Shown here piece after piece: positions 21,107-30,149 of a stretch of DNA of 64,000 bases. Position 1 is the first letter of the stretch. Every line of letters begins with the position of its first letter. Under the pieces are notes generated by a model, which worked only from the letters and a program-made list of their open reading frames with translations, searched no databases and was not told the DNA's origin. This stretch comes from an uncultured Lachnospiraceae bacterium. Lineage in GTDB: Bacteria > Bacillota > Clostridia > Christensenellales > UBA1242. The translations under genes were made by a program, and so were the position numbers. The stretch lies in assembly GCA_964606505.1 (NCBI GenBank), contig CAZSGM010000004.1, forward strand, positions 39,330-103,329. Direction: 5' to 3'.

Positions 21107-21135
21107 AGTATAGCAAATTATTAGCGTTTTGTCAA
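21107..21135 (-). promoter_or_regulatory. consensus sigmaA promoter
   Basis: TTGACA-17 bp-TATACT upstream of the 21088 start. Confidence 0.8.
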
Positions 21136-21218
21136 CGGCGTGCGACAATATTGCATTGCATAATTATTTTACCGTAACACATAATAAATTGATTAAAAAC
21201 CACTTTGGGAGGCAATAA

Positions 21219-21599
21219 TTGAATACGAACAAAAAACTTAGCGACGCAGGCAGGCGTTTACGTTCGGGTAGAAACCACAAAAACTGCGAGAACCCTAAAG
21301 CAAACGACGGCGCAAACTCTCGCGGCAAAAAAGTCAAAAGATGTTGCGACGACAAAAGCGCAAAAACAAAGTGCACCCACCCTAACTTAAAGGGGTTGAG
21401 ACAGCAAAAAAATCCACATAACAAAGAGTTTAACTCAATCGAGCGTTTTGTGCCTTTGCAACAAATAACTGACGACTTGCATAAAATGGAAAAGGAAATG
21501 AATTCTATTGATTTTTCGTTTTTGGAAGTGGAAAAATTGAACACGCAACTTGAAAACGAGAGTTTGGAACTGCAGCTAAAGTTTTTACAAGGAGAGTAG
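21219..21599 (+). CDS. putative antitoxin (divergent EndoAI/MazE-like)
   Basis: GGAGG RBS with TTG start; ends 1 nt before mazF; acidic C-terminal helix FLEVEKLNTQLENESL. Confidence 0.55.
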   Translation: MNTNKKLSDAGRRLRSGRNHKNCENPKANDGANSRGKKVKRCCDDKSAKTKCTHPNLKGLRQQKNPHNKEFNSIERFVPLQQITDDLHKMEKEMNSIDFSFLEVEKLNTQLENESLELQLKFLQGE

Positions 21600-21600
21600 T

Positions 21601-21948
21601 ATGGCGATTAAGAGGGGCGACATTTATTATGCTGACTTAAGCCCAGTTGTTGGCAGCGAGCAAGGCGGAGTACGCCCTGTGCTTGTTTTGCAAAACGACG
21701 TCGGGAACAAATACGCCCCTACTATAATTGTTGCGGCGATTACTAGCCAACTTGCTAAAGCAAAACTTCCGACGCACATCGAACTTGATTCGGCTACATA
21801 CGGCTTGCCAAAAAACTCCATTATCCTTTGCGAACAACTACGAACGCTTGACAAGCGCCGCCTCGGGCAACTCGTTTGCTCGCTCCCACCAAATATGATG
21901 ACAAAAATCAATTACGCGCTTTGCCTCAGCCTCGGGATGGGCGATTAA
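21601..21948 (+). CDS. ndoA: PemK/MazF-family mRNA interferase (EndoA-like)
   Basis: RGDIYYADLSPVVGSEQGGVRPVLVLQNDVGN...LPTHIEL...CEQLRTLDKRRL. Confidence 0.93.
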   Translation: MAIKRGDIYYADLSPVVGSEQGGVRPVLVLQNDVGNKYAPTIIVAAITSQLAKAKLPTHIELDSATYGLPKNSIILCEQLRTLDKRRLGQLVCSLPPNMMTKINYALCLSLGMGD

Positions 21949-22298
21949 CTCCACCACCTTGCCGCACTCCACTTTAATTTGAAACAATAAAAACTCAATT
22001 TTTTGCAATTTAAACCCGCTTTTTGCAAAAAACTTGCAAATTTAACAAACAACGTCGTTAAATTTATAATAATTATTTAATTTACGGCTATACAATAAAT
22101 AACAACTATATCAATCAACTATATATTAAATGTTGAGCAAAAATAAAAAAACTAAGTAATTTAAACACTAAAATTGCTTAGTTTTTTAAAATAAATCAGC
22201 TTTAAATAAATTGCTTGAGAACACAACCCCAGTATTTGTCATCGCGCCTTTAATTGGTTATATGATTAAAATAAATTAATAACTACAATTTTGGTCGG

Positions 22299-23568
22299 TC
22301 AAATTATTACGGTTGAATTTATGCGCGGGGTTACGAGTGTGTAGGTTATTGTTTTGTTTGAAAAACTTGTTATTTTTAATTTGCGACCGTTAACTTCAAC
22401 TCCGCTCGTTGGGGTTGCACTAAACTGACCATAGTAACCGAACACAAAGGCGACGGTGTAGGTGTCCCCTGTTGCTAGTTCGGGCGCGAGTACTTTAAGT
22501 TGGTAAGTGGCACTTGTTGGGACGACTTGACAGGTTAGCGTGTCGTTTTTGTAGATGTACATCATATAGTTTGGTGCAGCCTCACTGTAGTTTGAGCACG
22601 TCAAAGTGATTGTTATGACGACTGGCTCCCATTTAGCGTAGAGTGTGATTGTTTCGTATTCGGTGGCGGCGGAGAGGGTCGTTACTAGATTGCTTGCGGC
22701 GCAGGTGGGGTCGTTTAAGTAGTAACCTGCGAACGTGTAGTTTGTTTTGGTGGGCGTATCAAGTGTGGTCGCCGTTCCGTTAGTATGCCTAGCAGGATAA
22801 CTACTTGCGTGCGTTCCGCTAAACGCTCCACCGCCCGCGTCCTTGTAAGTGATAGAAATCTGCGGTATTTCGCTAATTGTTACCAACAAACCGCGACAAG
22901 TATTATCCATATATGTACTACTCGCAAAATACTCAAAATCACTCAAACTGTATCCTGTCATTATTGGATTGGAATCCGTTGCCGTGTAAACATGATCAAC
23001 ATTATTAAAATGAACCGACAATTGAATTTGTTTCCCAATTTGCTCTTGTAATTCCAATATTGGCAACTCAATTGAGTTAACAATACTGCTGCCCTCATCA
23101 GCATAAATGAACTGAGCAAGACACCCTCTATACGATTCATTAGAGTATGTAAAAGTGTATCCTGAATAATTTTCAAGTGAATAGTTCAAATCCCAATTCC
23201 CGCCAATATCAAATGTTATATCACTATATTGATCAACTTGAATTGCCACATAATACCATGTCCGCCCCACTGGGGGGGCGGCGTCGACGCGGGAGGTAGC
23301 GGCAGGAGCAAAAAGGTTTAAGTTCAAAATAGAAAAAAGGCAAACAAAAATTATTGCCGCAATTGAAACAAATATATTTTTATATCTAGCATTTAAAGGA
23401 ATATTATTTTTATTATATTTGCGCGATTTTAGGCGCGCAGATGACTGTGGATAACTTTTACCGACTTTTTCATTTTTTGCAGGATAGCTGTCATTTTCAG
23501 CGGTTATCCTGCTGTTTTTTGCGGCTTTATATGCCCCCCCCCCCCCATTTAGTTAAGTACTTAACCAT
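22299..23568 (-). CDS. InlB-B (Listeria-Bacteroides repeat) surface protein, frameshifted (OFF) at a G13 tract; 422 aa if G12
   Basis: AGGAG RBS and ATG at 23568 give MVKYLTKWGGGGI-stop. The frame of ORF 22299..23327 is open back to the tract (AYKAAKNSRITAEND...NIFVSIAAIIFVCLFSIL). TPTKTNYTFAGYY...ITLYAKW repeat. Confidence 0.85.
23534..23546 (-). repeat. poly-G13 homopolymer tract (candidate phase-variation switch)
   Basis: C13 on the + strand at 23534-23546. Confidence 0.9.
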
Positions 23569-23627
23569 TTTTTTTGTATCTCCTATCAATCAATTTTTAA
23601 ACAAATTTCCCTTTGTTTATCTTTTTT

Positions 23628-23685
23628 AGTTTACCACATTAATAAAAAAATATCAAATGTTTTTTTGCGCATTTGATATTTTTTT
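23628..23685 (-). promoter_or_regulatory. sigmaA-type promoter with its -35 inside an inverted repeat
   Basis: TTGATA-17 bp-TAAACT with extended TG; inverted repeat AAAAAAATATCAAATG...CATTTGATATTTTTTT at 23644-23685. Confidence 0.6.
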
Positions 23686-23759
23686 AATCAATTAAAATTT
23701 GTTAAAAGTAAACTCTTTGTATGATTAAACTGTTTTACAATGATTTATAAACTTATTAA

Positions 23760-26465
23760 TTATTTACGGACATCACTAAAGATTTCTTGGACGACGCTGA
23801 GAGGCGAAATTTTGAGCGTTGTACGCGCTAGAGGTCCTGAGATTAGGAAGCATTCACCGATGTTTGCAGTAACGATACTATCCTGCTCATCCTCGTTAAT
23901 TTCACCCGCGTTTTTATAGAGCGCGACAAGGTCGGAAATATCACTTGGCGCGAGGCTAAATATCATTGAATATTGCGACGCGTTGATAATCGCTGATGAT
24001 TGTCGTGCGATTTCAGGAGACCCGACAAAGTCTTTAATGTTCTGCGTAATAATAATTTGCATTCCGCCGTACTTTCTTATACGTTTAGCCATTTGCGCCA
24101 TAAAGTCTAGCGCCATTGGGTACTTAGGGTTAATGAAGGTGTGCGCCTCATCGACGGCGATAACGATTTTTCTGTTACTCTTATTTAACGTATTAAAGTC
24201 CTTGTTTCTGATAATTTCGTTTTCAAGGTACTTAAATACGAGCAACATTTGCGCGTTCGTTGTAATTGTGTTTCTGTTTGAAATCAAGGACAAGAACGAG
24301 AACGTAACAAAGTTTTCGGCTGTTTCAATTGACGTTGGACCGTTCCAAAGTTTACTGTTACGACCGCCTGTTGCAAACTTCTTGACGTAGTTTTCGATAA
24401 TCTGCAAGTTACGTCTAACGTAGTCGTCTTTTTCCGTTTGAATTCTGTCCAAAATCAACTTGTACAAGTCATCAAATATTGGGAAGTCCTCAGGCTTTAG
24501 TTTTGTAACGTTTGTCTGCATATTGATGCCCTTTAGATTGTAGACATCTGCGACAACTGAGTTCAAGAGCTCAAACGCGTCAGGTGGCATACCTTCCATA
24601 ATAATACGGAAGAACTGCTCCAAGAACTGCAAGTGCAAAGCGTATGCGTCGCCCTCGCCTTTATCTTTCTTCTTCTTTTCGTATTCCTCGTATTCCTCTT
24701 CGGTCATATCCTCGATTTTAACGCCGTACTCTTCGTCATCGTCTTGTAGCGACGCGTTGATGTGGAACGGATTAAGGATACCGTTTCGGCTGGAACCGAC
24801 GTCGATAAGTTTTCCTTTTAGGTTCTTAACAAGCGGCGCGTATTCGTCCTCGGGGTCGAGAATGAATATGCGGGCGTTGTCAGCGGCAAGGTTGGCAAGT
24901 AGCGTTTTGGTCGCGAATGACTTACCCGAACCTGACTTACCTACGACGACGATGTTACTGTTAACGCGAACTGAGTCTCTTTTATAGAAGTCGACAAACA
25001 CTGGTAGTGGGTTGTAACCAAGGTAGAACCCGCCCTCGTCTTGCAGTGAGTTACTGATGAACGGGAACATCCCCGCAACCGAACTTGTTTGGATACCGCG
25101 GAACGAGTCCTTGACTTTGTCGATTTTTGAGATGTTGTTACTTACAAACTCGTCGACCTGCCTACCAAACATTTCCGAGTACTTGAAACCGTTTTGCTTT
25201 AGGAGCGCGCGAACCTCTTTCTTCGTTGCTTCTTCGCAGACGATGTGGATGTTGACGTCGTAAAGCTCCTCGTTAGCGTTTTTGATATCGCCCAACAACT
25301 CGCGCAACGTGCTTATGTGCGTTTGGTACTCAATTTGCTTAGAACTCTTTAGCGAGTAGGAAGCTTGAGTTTCCATTTCGACGAGCGCGCGGTCGATTTG
25401 TTTTTCCGCTTTGAGACGCGGAATTGGCTTAATATTTACGACAACTTTTGAGTTGTCAATACTAAACAAGCTGTAACCCCAACCGTTCCCGACCGTAATT
25501 GGGTAGTCGGTAATAACAAAGTTTTTGTACGGCTTATTGTCAATGATTGTTCGCCCCATTTTGAACTCTACAGTGTCAGGGGTCGCCCACTTAACCTGTT
25601 CGCTCATTGGGATGATTTCAATTTCCCTTTCGTCAAACTCCTTACCGTAGTTGGACTTGAGGAAAACCGCAAGCTCTTGCGTTTGGAGAATATGCGAAGT
25701 AATCGGCGTTGAACTTGAGCGCATTGTCGAAACCATACCCTCGGCGGTTAAATCAAGTTGTTCCTTATCTTTATCGTAAATAACGATGTAGAAGGCGTCC
25801 TTGTAAATGCGCTCGTCCTCGTTGATTGTGCGCAGGTAATCGAGGCGCGCTTCAAAAATTTCTGAGCGAACTTCAATTTCGTCGGCGGTCATTTCGCCCT
25901 CGCTTTGAAGTTCCATAAGCCCGTCATACTTGCGTTCTTCAAGTTGGAGGTATCTATCAAAAATCATTGCTTTGTTGATTTTTACGATACTCGCTTGTTG
26001 TGTTGAAGTCAACCTCTTGAGCGCGTTTCCAATCGTGTTGATGAGCAAGTTTTGCTTGTAATCGTTAAGCATAAAGAACTCAACGGGTTCAATTTCGACA
26101 ACTTGCGCATAATACTCGCGTTGGTAACTAATAAAGCGCCCTTCAATAATTGCGTCATAAGGGATAATTTCGGCAATTGGCGAGTATTTACGCATGGCGT
26201 GCTTACTGAAACGCTTCTTGAGCGCCAAGAACCTAAACGCCAGCCCAATTGTCAAATACAACCTAATTCCGTCTGCAACAGGCATCCATAAACTAACAAA
26301 CAGAGCCAGCCACGCTATTGAGATGTAAATTTTGTATGGCAAGTTACTGCTGATAAACAGGATAAAACCAATTATCGCAATTAGCGCCAAAATCATATCG
26401 CCAAGAGTTATGTTTTTCAAAAACTGCATCTTGACTTTTGTTTTTCTTGGAATAAACCTTTGCAT
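23760..26465 (-). CDS. VirB4/TraE-like ATPase with N-terminal PrgI-like membrane domain
   Basis: Walker A GKSGSGKS, ILDPEDEY, LNPF, Walker B VDEAH, KRIRKYGG, ITQN; two N-terminal TMs; AGGAG RBS before MQRFIPRK. Confidence 0.88.
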   Translation of the reverse strand: MQRFIPRKTKVKMQFLKNITLGDMILALIAIIGFILFISSNLPYKIYISIAWLALFVSLWMPVADGIRLYLTIGLAFRFLALKKRFSKHAMRKYSPIAEIIPYDAIIEGRFISYQREYYAQVVEIEPVEFFMLNDYKQNLLINTIGNALKRLTSTQQASIVKINKAMIFDRYLQLEERKYDGLMELQSEGEMTADEIEVRSEIFEARLDYLRTINEDERIYKDAFYIVIYDKDKEQLDLTAEGMVSTMRSSSTPITSHILQTQELAVFLKSNYGKEFDEREIEIIPMSEQVKWATPDTVEFKMGRTIIDNKPYKNFVITDYPITVGNGWGYSLFSIDNSKVVVNIKPIPRLKAEKQIDRALVEMETQASYSLKSSKQIEYQTHISTLRELLGDIKNANEELYDVNIHIVCEEATKKEVRALLKQNGFKYSEMFGRQVDEFVSNNISKIDKVKDSFRGIQTSSVAGMFPFISNSLQDEGGFYLGYNPLPVFVDFYKRDSVRVNSNIVVVGKSGSGKSFATKTLLANLAADNARIFILDPEDEYAPLVKNLKGKLIDVGSSRNGILNPFHINASLQDDDEEYGVKIEDMTEEEYEEYEKKKKDKGEGDAYALHLQFLEQFFRIIMEGMPPDAFELLNSVVADVYNLKGINMQTNVTKLKPEDFPIFDDLYKLILDRIQTEKDDYVRRNLQIIENYVKKFATGGRNSKLWNGPTSIETAENFVTFSFLSLISNRNTITTNAQMLLVFKYLENEIIRNKDFNTLNKSNRKIVIAVDEAHTFINPKYPMALDFMAQMAKRIRKYGGMQIIITQNIKDFVGSPEIARQSSAIINASQYSMIFSLAPSDISDLVALYKNAGEINEDEQDSIVTANIGECFLISGPLARTTLKISPLSVVQEIFSDVRK

Positions 26466-26602
26466 AATTCTCCTTTGTTTATAAAACCCGCAGGTTGCAA
26501 CCACCCGTTTTACGTGATTAGCAACCGCGCAATTTTTATAGTTTCCGCTTCTATGAGATAGCGAAAGTTATCGTTTTGTAAATATTTTATTGTTTTGGTA
26601 AA

Positions 26603-29600
26603 TTAATCTACTACAAAATTAATTGTGTACCTTTGCTTAATCTGCAGCCCGTTTTCTGTCGTCATAATTACGTCAAGGTCGACTGTCTGCGAGGCGTCAA
26701 ATGCGGTACTTGCAAAGACGAGCCTATCGTCTGATGTTTTTGATACGAACGCCAACGACGCGCTTGGGAGTTCAAAACTAATGAACTCAGATGTGCTGGA
26801 AATGTACATATCTTGCATTTCTACACCGTTTCCAACGAGTTTAAGTCCGAATATATCTTGCTCGCGGAGTTTGAAGCCGCCCTCATTGTTTGAACTGTTA
26901 AGCAGCGCACTTGAAGCGGTTATCGTATATTTATCCGCCTCATCAGTGGCTTCGGCGTTTGTGTTCCACAGCAAGTTAACTGCGCCCGCGCCTGCAAGCA
27001 CGCCTTCAACGTAAATTGTGTCGGTAATGCTTCCAAGTTCTGCGCCCCACGAGTTGTTGTAGTTGGCAGTTGCGACAATCTTGAATGGCTTTGAAAGTTG
27101 CTTAATTTCAAGTTCGCCCGCCTTTTCGGTGTCGTCGCCTAGGTTGGTTACGACACTTGCGTACTGCATCATTTCGCTAGGAACTTCTATTGTGTACCCT
27201 GGGTTTGTGATAACGAGTTCTTTAGGAACAATATAATCCCTACCCTCAACTAGCGACTGCAGCGTAGCAGGTTTGCCCGCTATTATTGTAGGCTTCAATA
27301 GTTCAAACTCGGTCAAGTTCCCCTCGTCATCAATTACGCCCCATTGAACACTTATTGAAGAAACCTCAAGCCTGCCATTGACTGGTTGCGCTTGGTGCAT
27401 AATTAGCCCTGACAACTTGTATGCTTTGCTGCCGTCATCCATTGTTGTCGTATGCTCAATGTTTGTGTTAATTTCAATTTTTTCGACGGGTACATCAATT
27501 ACATAGAACTTAAAGTTTGCAATTTTTTCGTAACCATCGCTAGTCTGCGTTGTCCCCGTGTAGTAGTCAACTTGAACAAACTGCTCTGTGCATTCTTGTA
27601 TAGCGTTGTTGTTTGAGAAGTTGATATTTAGATAATACGCTTGAGAAGTTTCACTTTCTTCAATTTGAGTAATTGTTGGCTGCGTTATACTTTGGTTTGC
27701 CGTGCTTGCGCGGAGCCAACTACCCAATTCGTTTGTGTTGTTGAACGCGTCGAACAATGCGCCCTTACTATTTGCTTCCAATCTTATAGATAATGACGAA
27801 ACATTAGACACAGCGATAATTCTGTTGTCGATAAACGTTTTGCCGTCGTCCTCAGGCTCAGCATTTGGCATTCCCTCAATGTATCCCTCAAGTCTTTCGA
27901 GTTTTTCGACGATTTTGAATACGATTGTGTCGCTTTGTGCAACGCTGTTAAGCATTGGGATATTTGTCGTCTTAATGTTTCCGTCGTCGTCAACAACATT
28001 ACCATCCGCGTCAAACTTAATCACGTTTCCATCGGAGTCAAGCGGCTGCCCATTAATATCAGTTTTCAAAACAAACGCTTGCAGTACGATACTTCCTCTT
28101 GCGAGCGCCTGCACAACTTCTGGATTTTTAAGGTCCTCGCCTCTAACTTCACGCCCAAAACCATCAAAGTTAGTCGTGCCAAGTTGAATAATTTCCTCGC
28201 CCTGCTCGTTTACAAAAACATCTTCCCTATACGCACCGCTGTGGTAAGCGCCGATAGCAAACACTTTGACCTTAAAGTAGGATGGCTCGGTTTTGTCGTC
28301 GTTAGGAACTATTTCAACATTGTCCGTCCAATTCCACGTTGTGTTGATTGATGACAGCGCGTCATTTTGCTTGGTTATTGTTTTTAGGACTTGGTCATTA
28401 TATTCGTTCGCTGGGTTACTCTTACTCGTGCCCTCAAAGTCCAGTCCTTTAATCGCGTTCAGTTCGACAGTAAACAACGAGAGCGTTGCGGACAATGATG
28501 AGTTAGGAAGCGTTACGTCGACTGACAAACCTCTAGATGGCTCTTGAAGAACCGTAAACTCCCATTTACCTGAATCCGAATCTTTCTTTAGTTGCAACTC
28601 CTTATTTTCTGTTGTCAAGACAATGTCGCTAAGCATACTATTAAAGTACGTCGTGCTCCCGTTTGACGCCTTAAGTGAAATCCCTAGTTCTTCAACTGTG
28701 AACGCCTTAGTTTTAAACAACTCAAGATCAATTGAACCCTCGCCGATGCAGATTTCGTCAAGTGTTACCGCTTTAACTTTCACAACAAATGATGTGTAAA
28801 TGTATCTACCTTCAAGCAACTCAGGTGGGATGTAGCCCGCGTCCTCGGGTTGGTCTGGCTCATAGTTAGCGATAAAGTCGATGTCGTCGTATGTGCGCAA
28901 TGTACGCGCCCAAACTGTTACCTCGCCAACGCCTAATGCGGTTATGTTCCCCGCTTGGTCGATTGAGATGACGTTTTGGGAGCCGTTTTCATCGAGGTAG
29001 TACTCGAGCGGCTTAGCGTTTTTTCTGAAACTATTAAACGCTTTGTTGTTGTCAATATGTGTTGGGTCTTGAGAGTTTGCGGGCAAAAACTTTGTTGTTA
29101 TTTTGCCTGTTTCGCTCTCGTATATGCAAAGCTTTTCAACCTCGTCCTCAATTTCGGTTTGCATATTTGCGCTTTCGACTTTGAGTTCGGTTACTGGCAC
29201 GTCAACAAACACGCAGAGAGGGGTTTGCATAAACAATCCTTGCGCATTCTTAACATTTATGAAGCAAAAGCCGCCTTTGTTGACGCCTGTTGCGTCCTTT
29301 GTAACTGTTATAGTGATAGGCTCGTTAAGTTTTGCTTCCTTAGGGACGGTTGCGACATCCTCGTTAGTTGAGGAGAGGTAAATAACTGTTTCGGTAACGG
29401 GGGCACCCTCGATTATGTTACCCTCGTCGTCTTTCTCTTGCGGAACTGTTCCTTTAACAATAAAGGATGCGTCAACGTCGATGTTCGGGTTTTCGCTCTC
29501 ACTAATTCCGTTCACACGCAGGACAGGCTGGTTGCCAACAAACTCAATTTGCGGGTTGCTGGCTTGCTCAATGATAATATCATCCGCGTAGACTGTTTTA

Positions 29601-29716
29601 GGGGTATAGTAGCCCAAACAAAAGGCAACAATTATCGCCACCCAAACTATGAATATTAGAGCGCAGAAACAATACGCAACTGTCGCTAACGAATTTAGAA
29701 AACTGGCTTTTTTCAT
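26603..29716 (-). CDS. large N-terminally anchored acidic surface protein with Ig-like (Big_2-like) domains
   Basis: One N-terminal TM; SSTNEDVATV, VDVPVTELKV, ISIDQAGNITALGVGEVTVWA; beta-rich; no LPXTG or SLH seen. Confidence 0.75.
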   Translation of the reverse strand: MKKASFLNSLATVAYCFCALIFIVWVAIIVAFCLGYYTPKTVYADDIIIEQASNPQIEFVGNQPVLRVNGISESENPNIDVDASFIVKGTVPQEKDDEGNIIEGAPVTETVIYLSSTNEDVATVPKEAKLNEPITITVTKDATGVNKGGFCFINVKNAQGLFMQTPLCVFVDVPVTELKVESANMQTEIEDEVEKLCIYESETGKITTKFLPANSQDPTHIDNNKAFNSFRKNAKPLEYYLDENGSQNVISIDQAGNITALGVGEVTVWARTLRTYDDIDFIANYEPDQPEDAGYIPPELLEGRYIYTSFVVKVKAVTLDEICIGEGSIDLELFKTKAFTVEELGISLKASNGSTTYFNSMLSDIVLTTENKELQLKKDSDSGKWEFTVLQEPSRGLSVDVTLPNSSLSATLSLFTVELNAIKGLDFEGTSKSNPANEYNDQVLKTITKQNDALSSINTTWNWTDNVEIVPNDDKTEPSYFKVKVFAIGAYHSGAYREDVFVNEQGEEIIQLGTTNFDGFGREVRGEDLKNPEVVQALARGSIVLQAFVLKTDINGQPLDSDGNVIKFDADGNVVDDDGNIKTTNIPMLNSVAQSDTIVFKIVEKLERLEGYIEGMPNAEPEDDGKTFIDNRIIAVSNVSSLSIRLEANSKGALFDAFNNTNELGSWLRASTANQSITQPTITQIEESETSQAYYLNINFSNNNAIQECTEQFVQVDYYTGTTQTSDGYEKIANFKFYVIDVPVEKIEINTNIEHTTTMDDGSKAYKLSGLIMHQAQPVNGRLEVSSISVQWGVIDDEGNLTEFELLKPTIIAGKPATLQSLVEGRDYIVPKELVITNPGYTIEVPSEMMQYASVVTNLGDDTEKAGELEIKQLSKPFKIVATANYNNSWGAELGSITDTIYVEGVLAGAGAVNLLWNTNAEATDEADKYTITASSALLNSSNNEGGFKLREQDIFGLKLVGNGVEMQDMYISSTSEFISFELPSASLAFVSKTSDDRLVFASTAFDASQTVDLDVIMTTENGLQIKQRYTINFVVD

Positions 29717-30012
29717 CTCTTCCCCTTCATTTTTGTAGTATTTGCATTTTTTCTATTATTATATCAATTACGCGGTTTTAAGTCAAACATTTTTCGACCC
29801 CGTGCGACAATTTGACCAAAAAGCGCGCTGTTTATTTGCAAACATTTATCTATTTTTCGCTTTATCGCCAAAATCGGCACAATTATTGTATTTTTTAGCC
29901 CAAAACATCCCCTAGCCCGCGCTTTGTTTAAGTTAAAAATTGCCTGCCGAAAATGTCTGCACGCTCAAACAAAATACTGCGTGAATAAAGGGCGAAAAAC
30001 AAGAGAAACTAC

Positions 30013-30053
30013 AAAAAAAATATCAAACAATTTTGCGTGCTTGATATTTTTTT
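30013..30053. terminator. inverted repeat downstream of ppa
   Basis: AAAAAAAATATCAA...TTGATATTTTTTT; similar to the 23644-23685 element. Confidence 0.55.
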
Positions 30054-30149
30054 GTAATGCTATATTTATTTAATATATTTTTTATTTTCACTCAATAAAT
30101 AACCTATCCAACAAGCTATGCTATTGGCAAAATTGTTTTGAAAGGCAAA

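Noticed and set aside
26470-26600. Riboswitch upstream of virB4
   Set aside because: Some pairing potential exists but I could not match any known aptamer consensus; an Rfam/Infernal scan would settle it.
20380-30053. Complete ICE or prophage around virB4 and mazF
   Set aside because: No integrase, relaxase, coupling protein or phage structural genes; the EndoA-type mazF is commonly chromosomal in Firmicutes.
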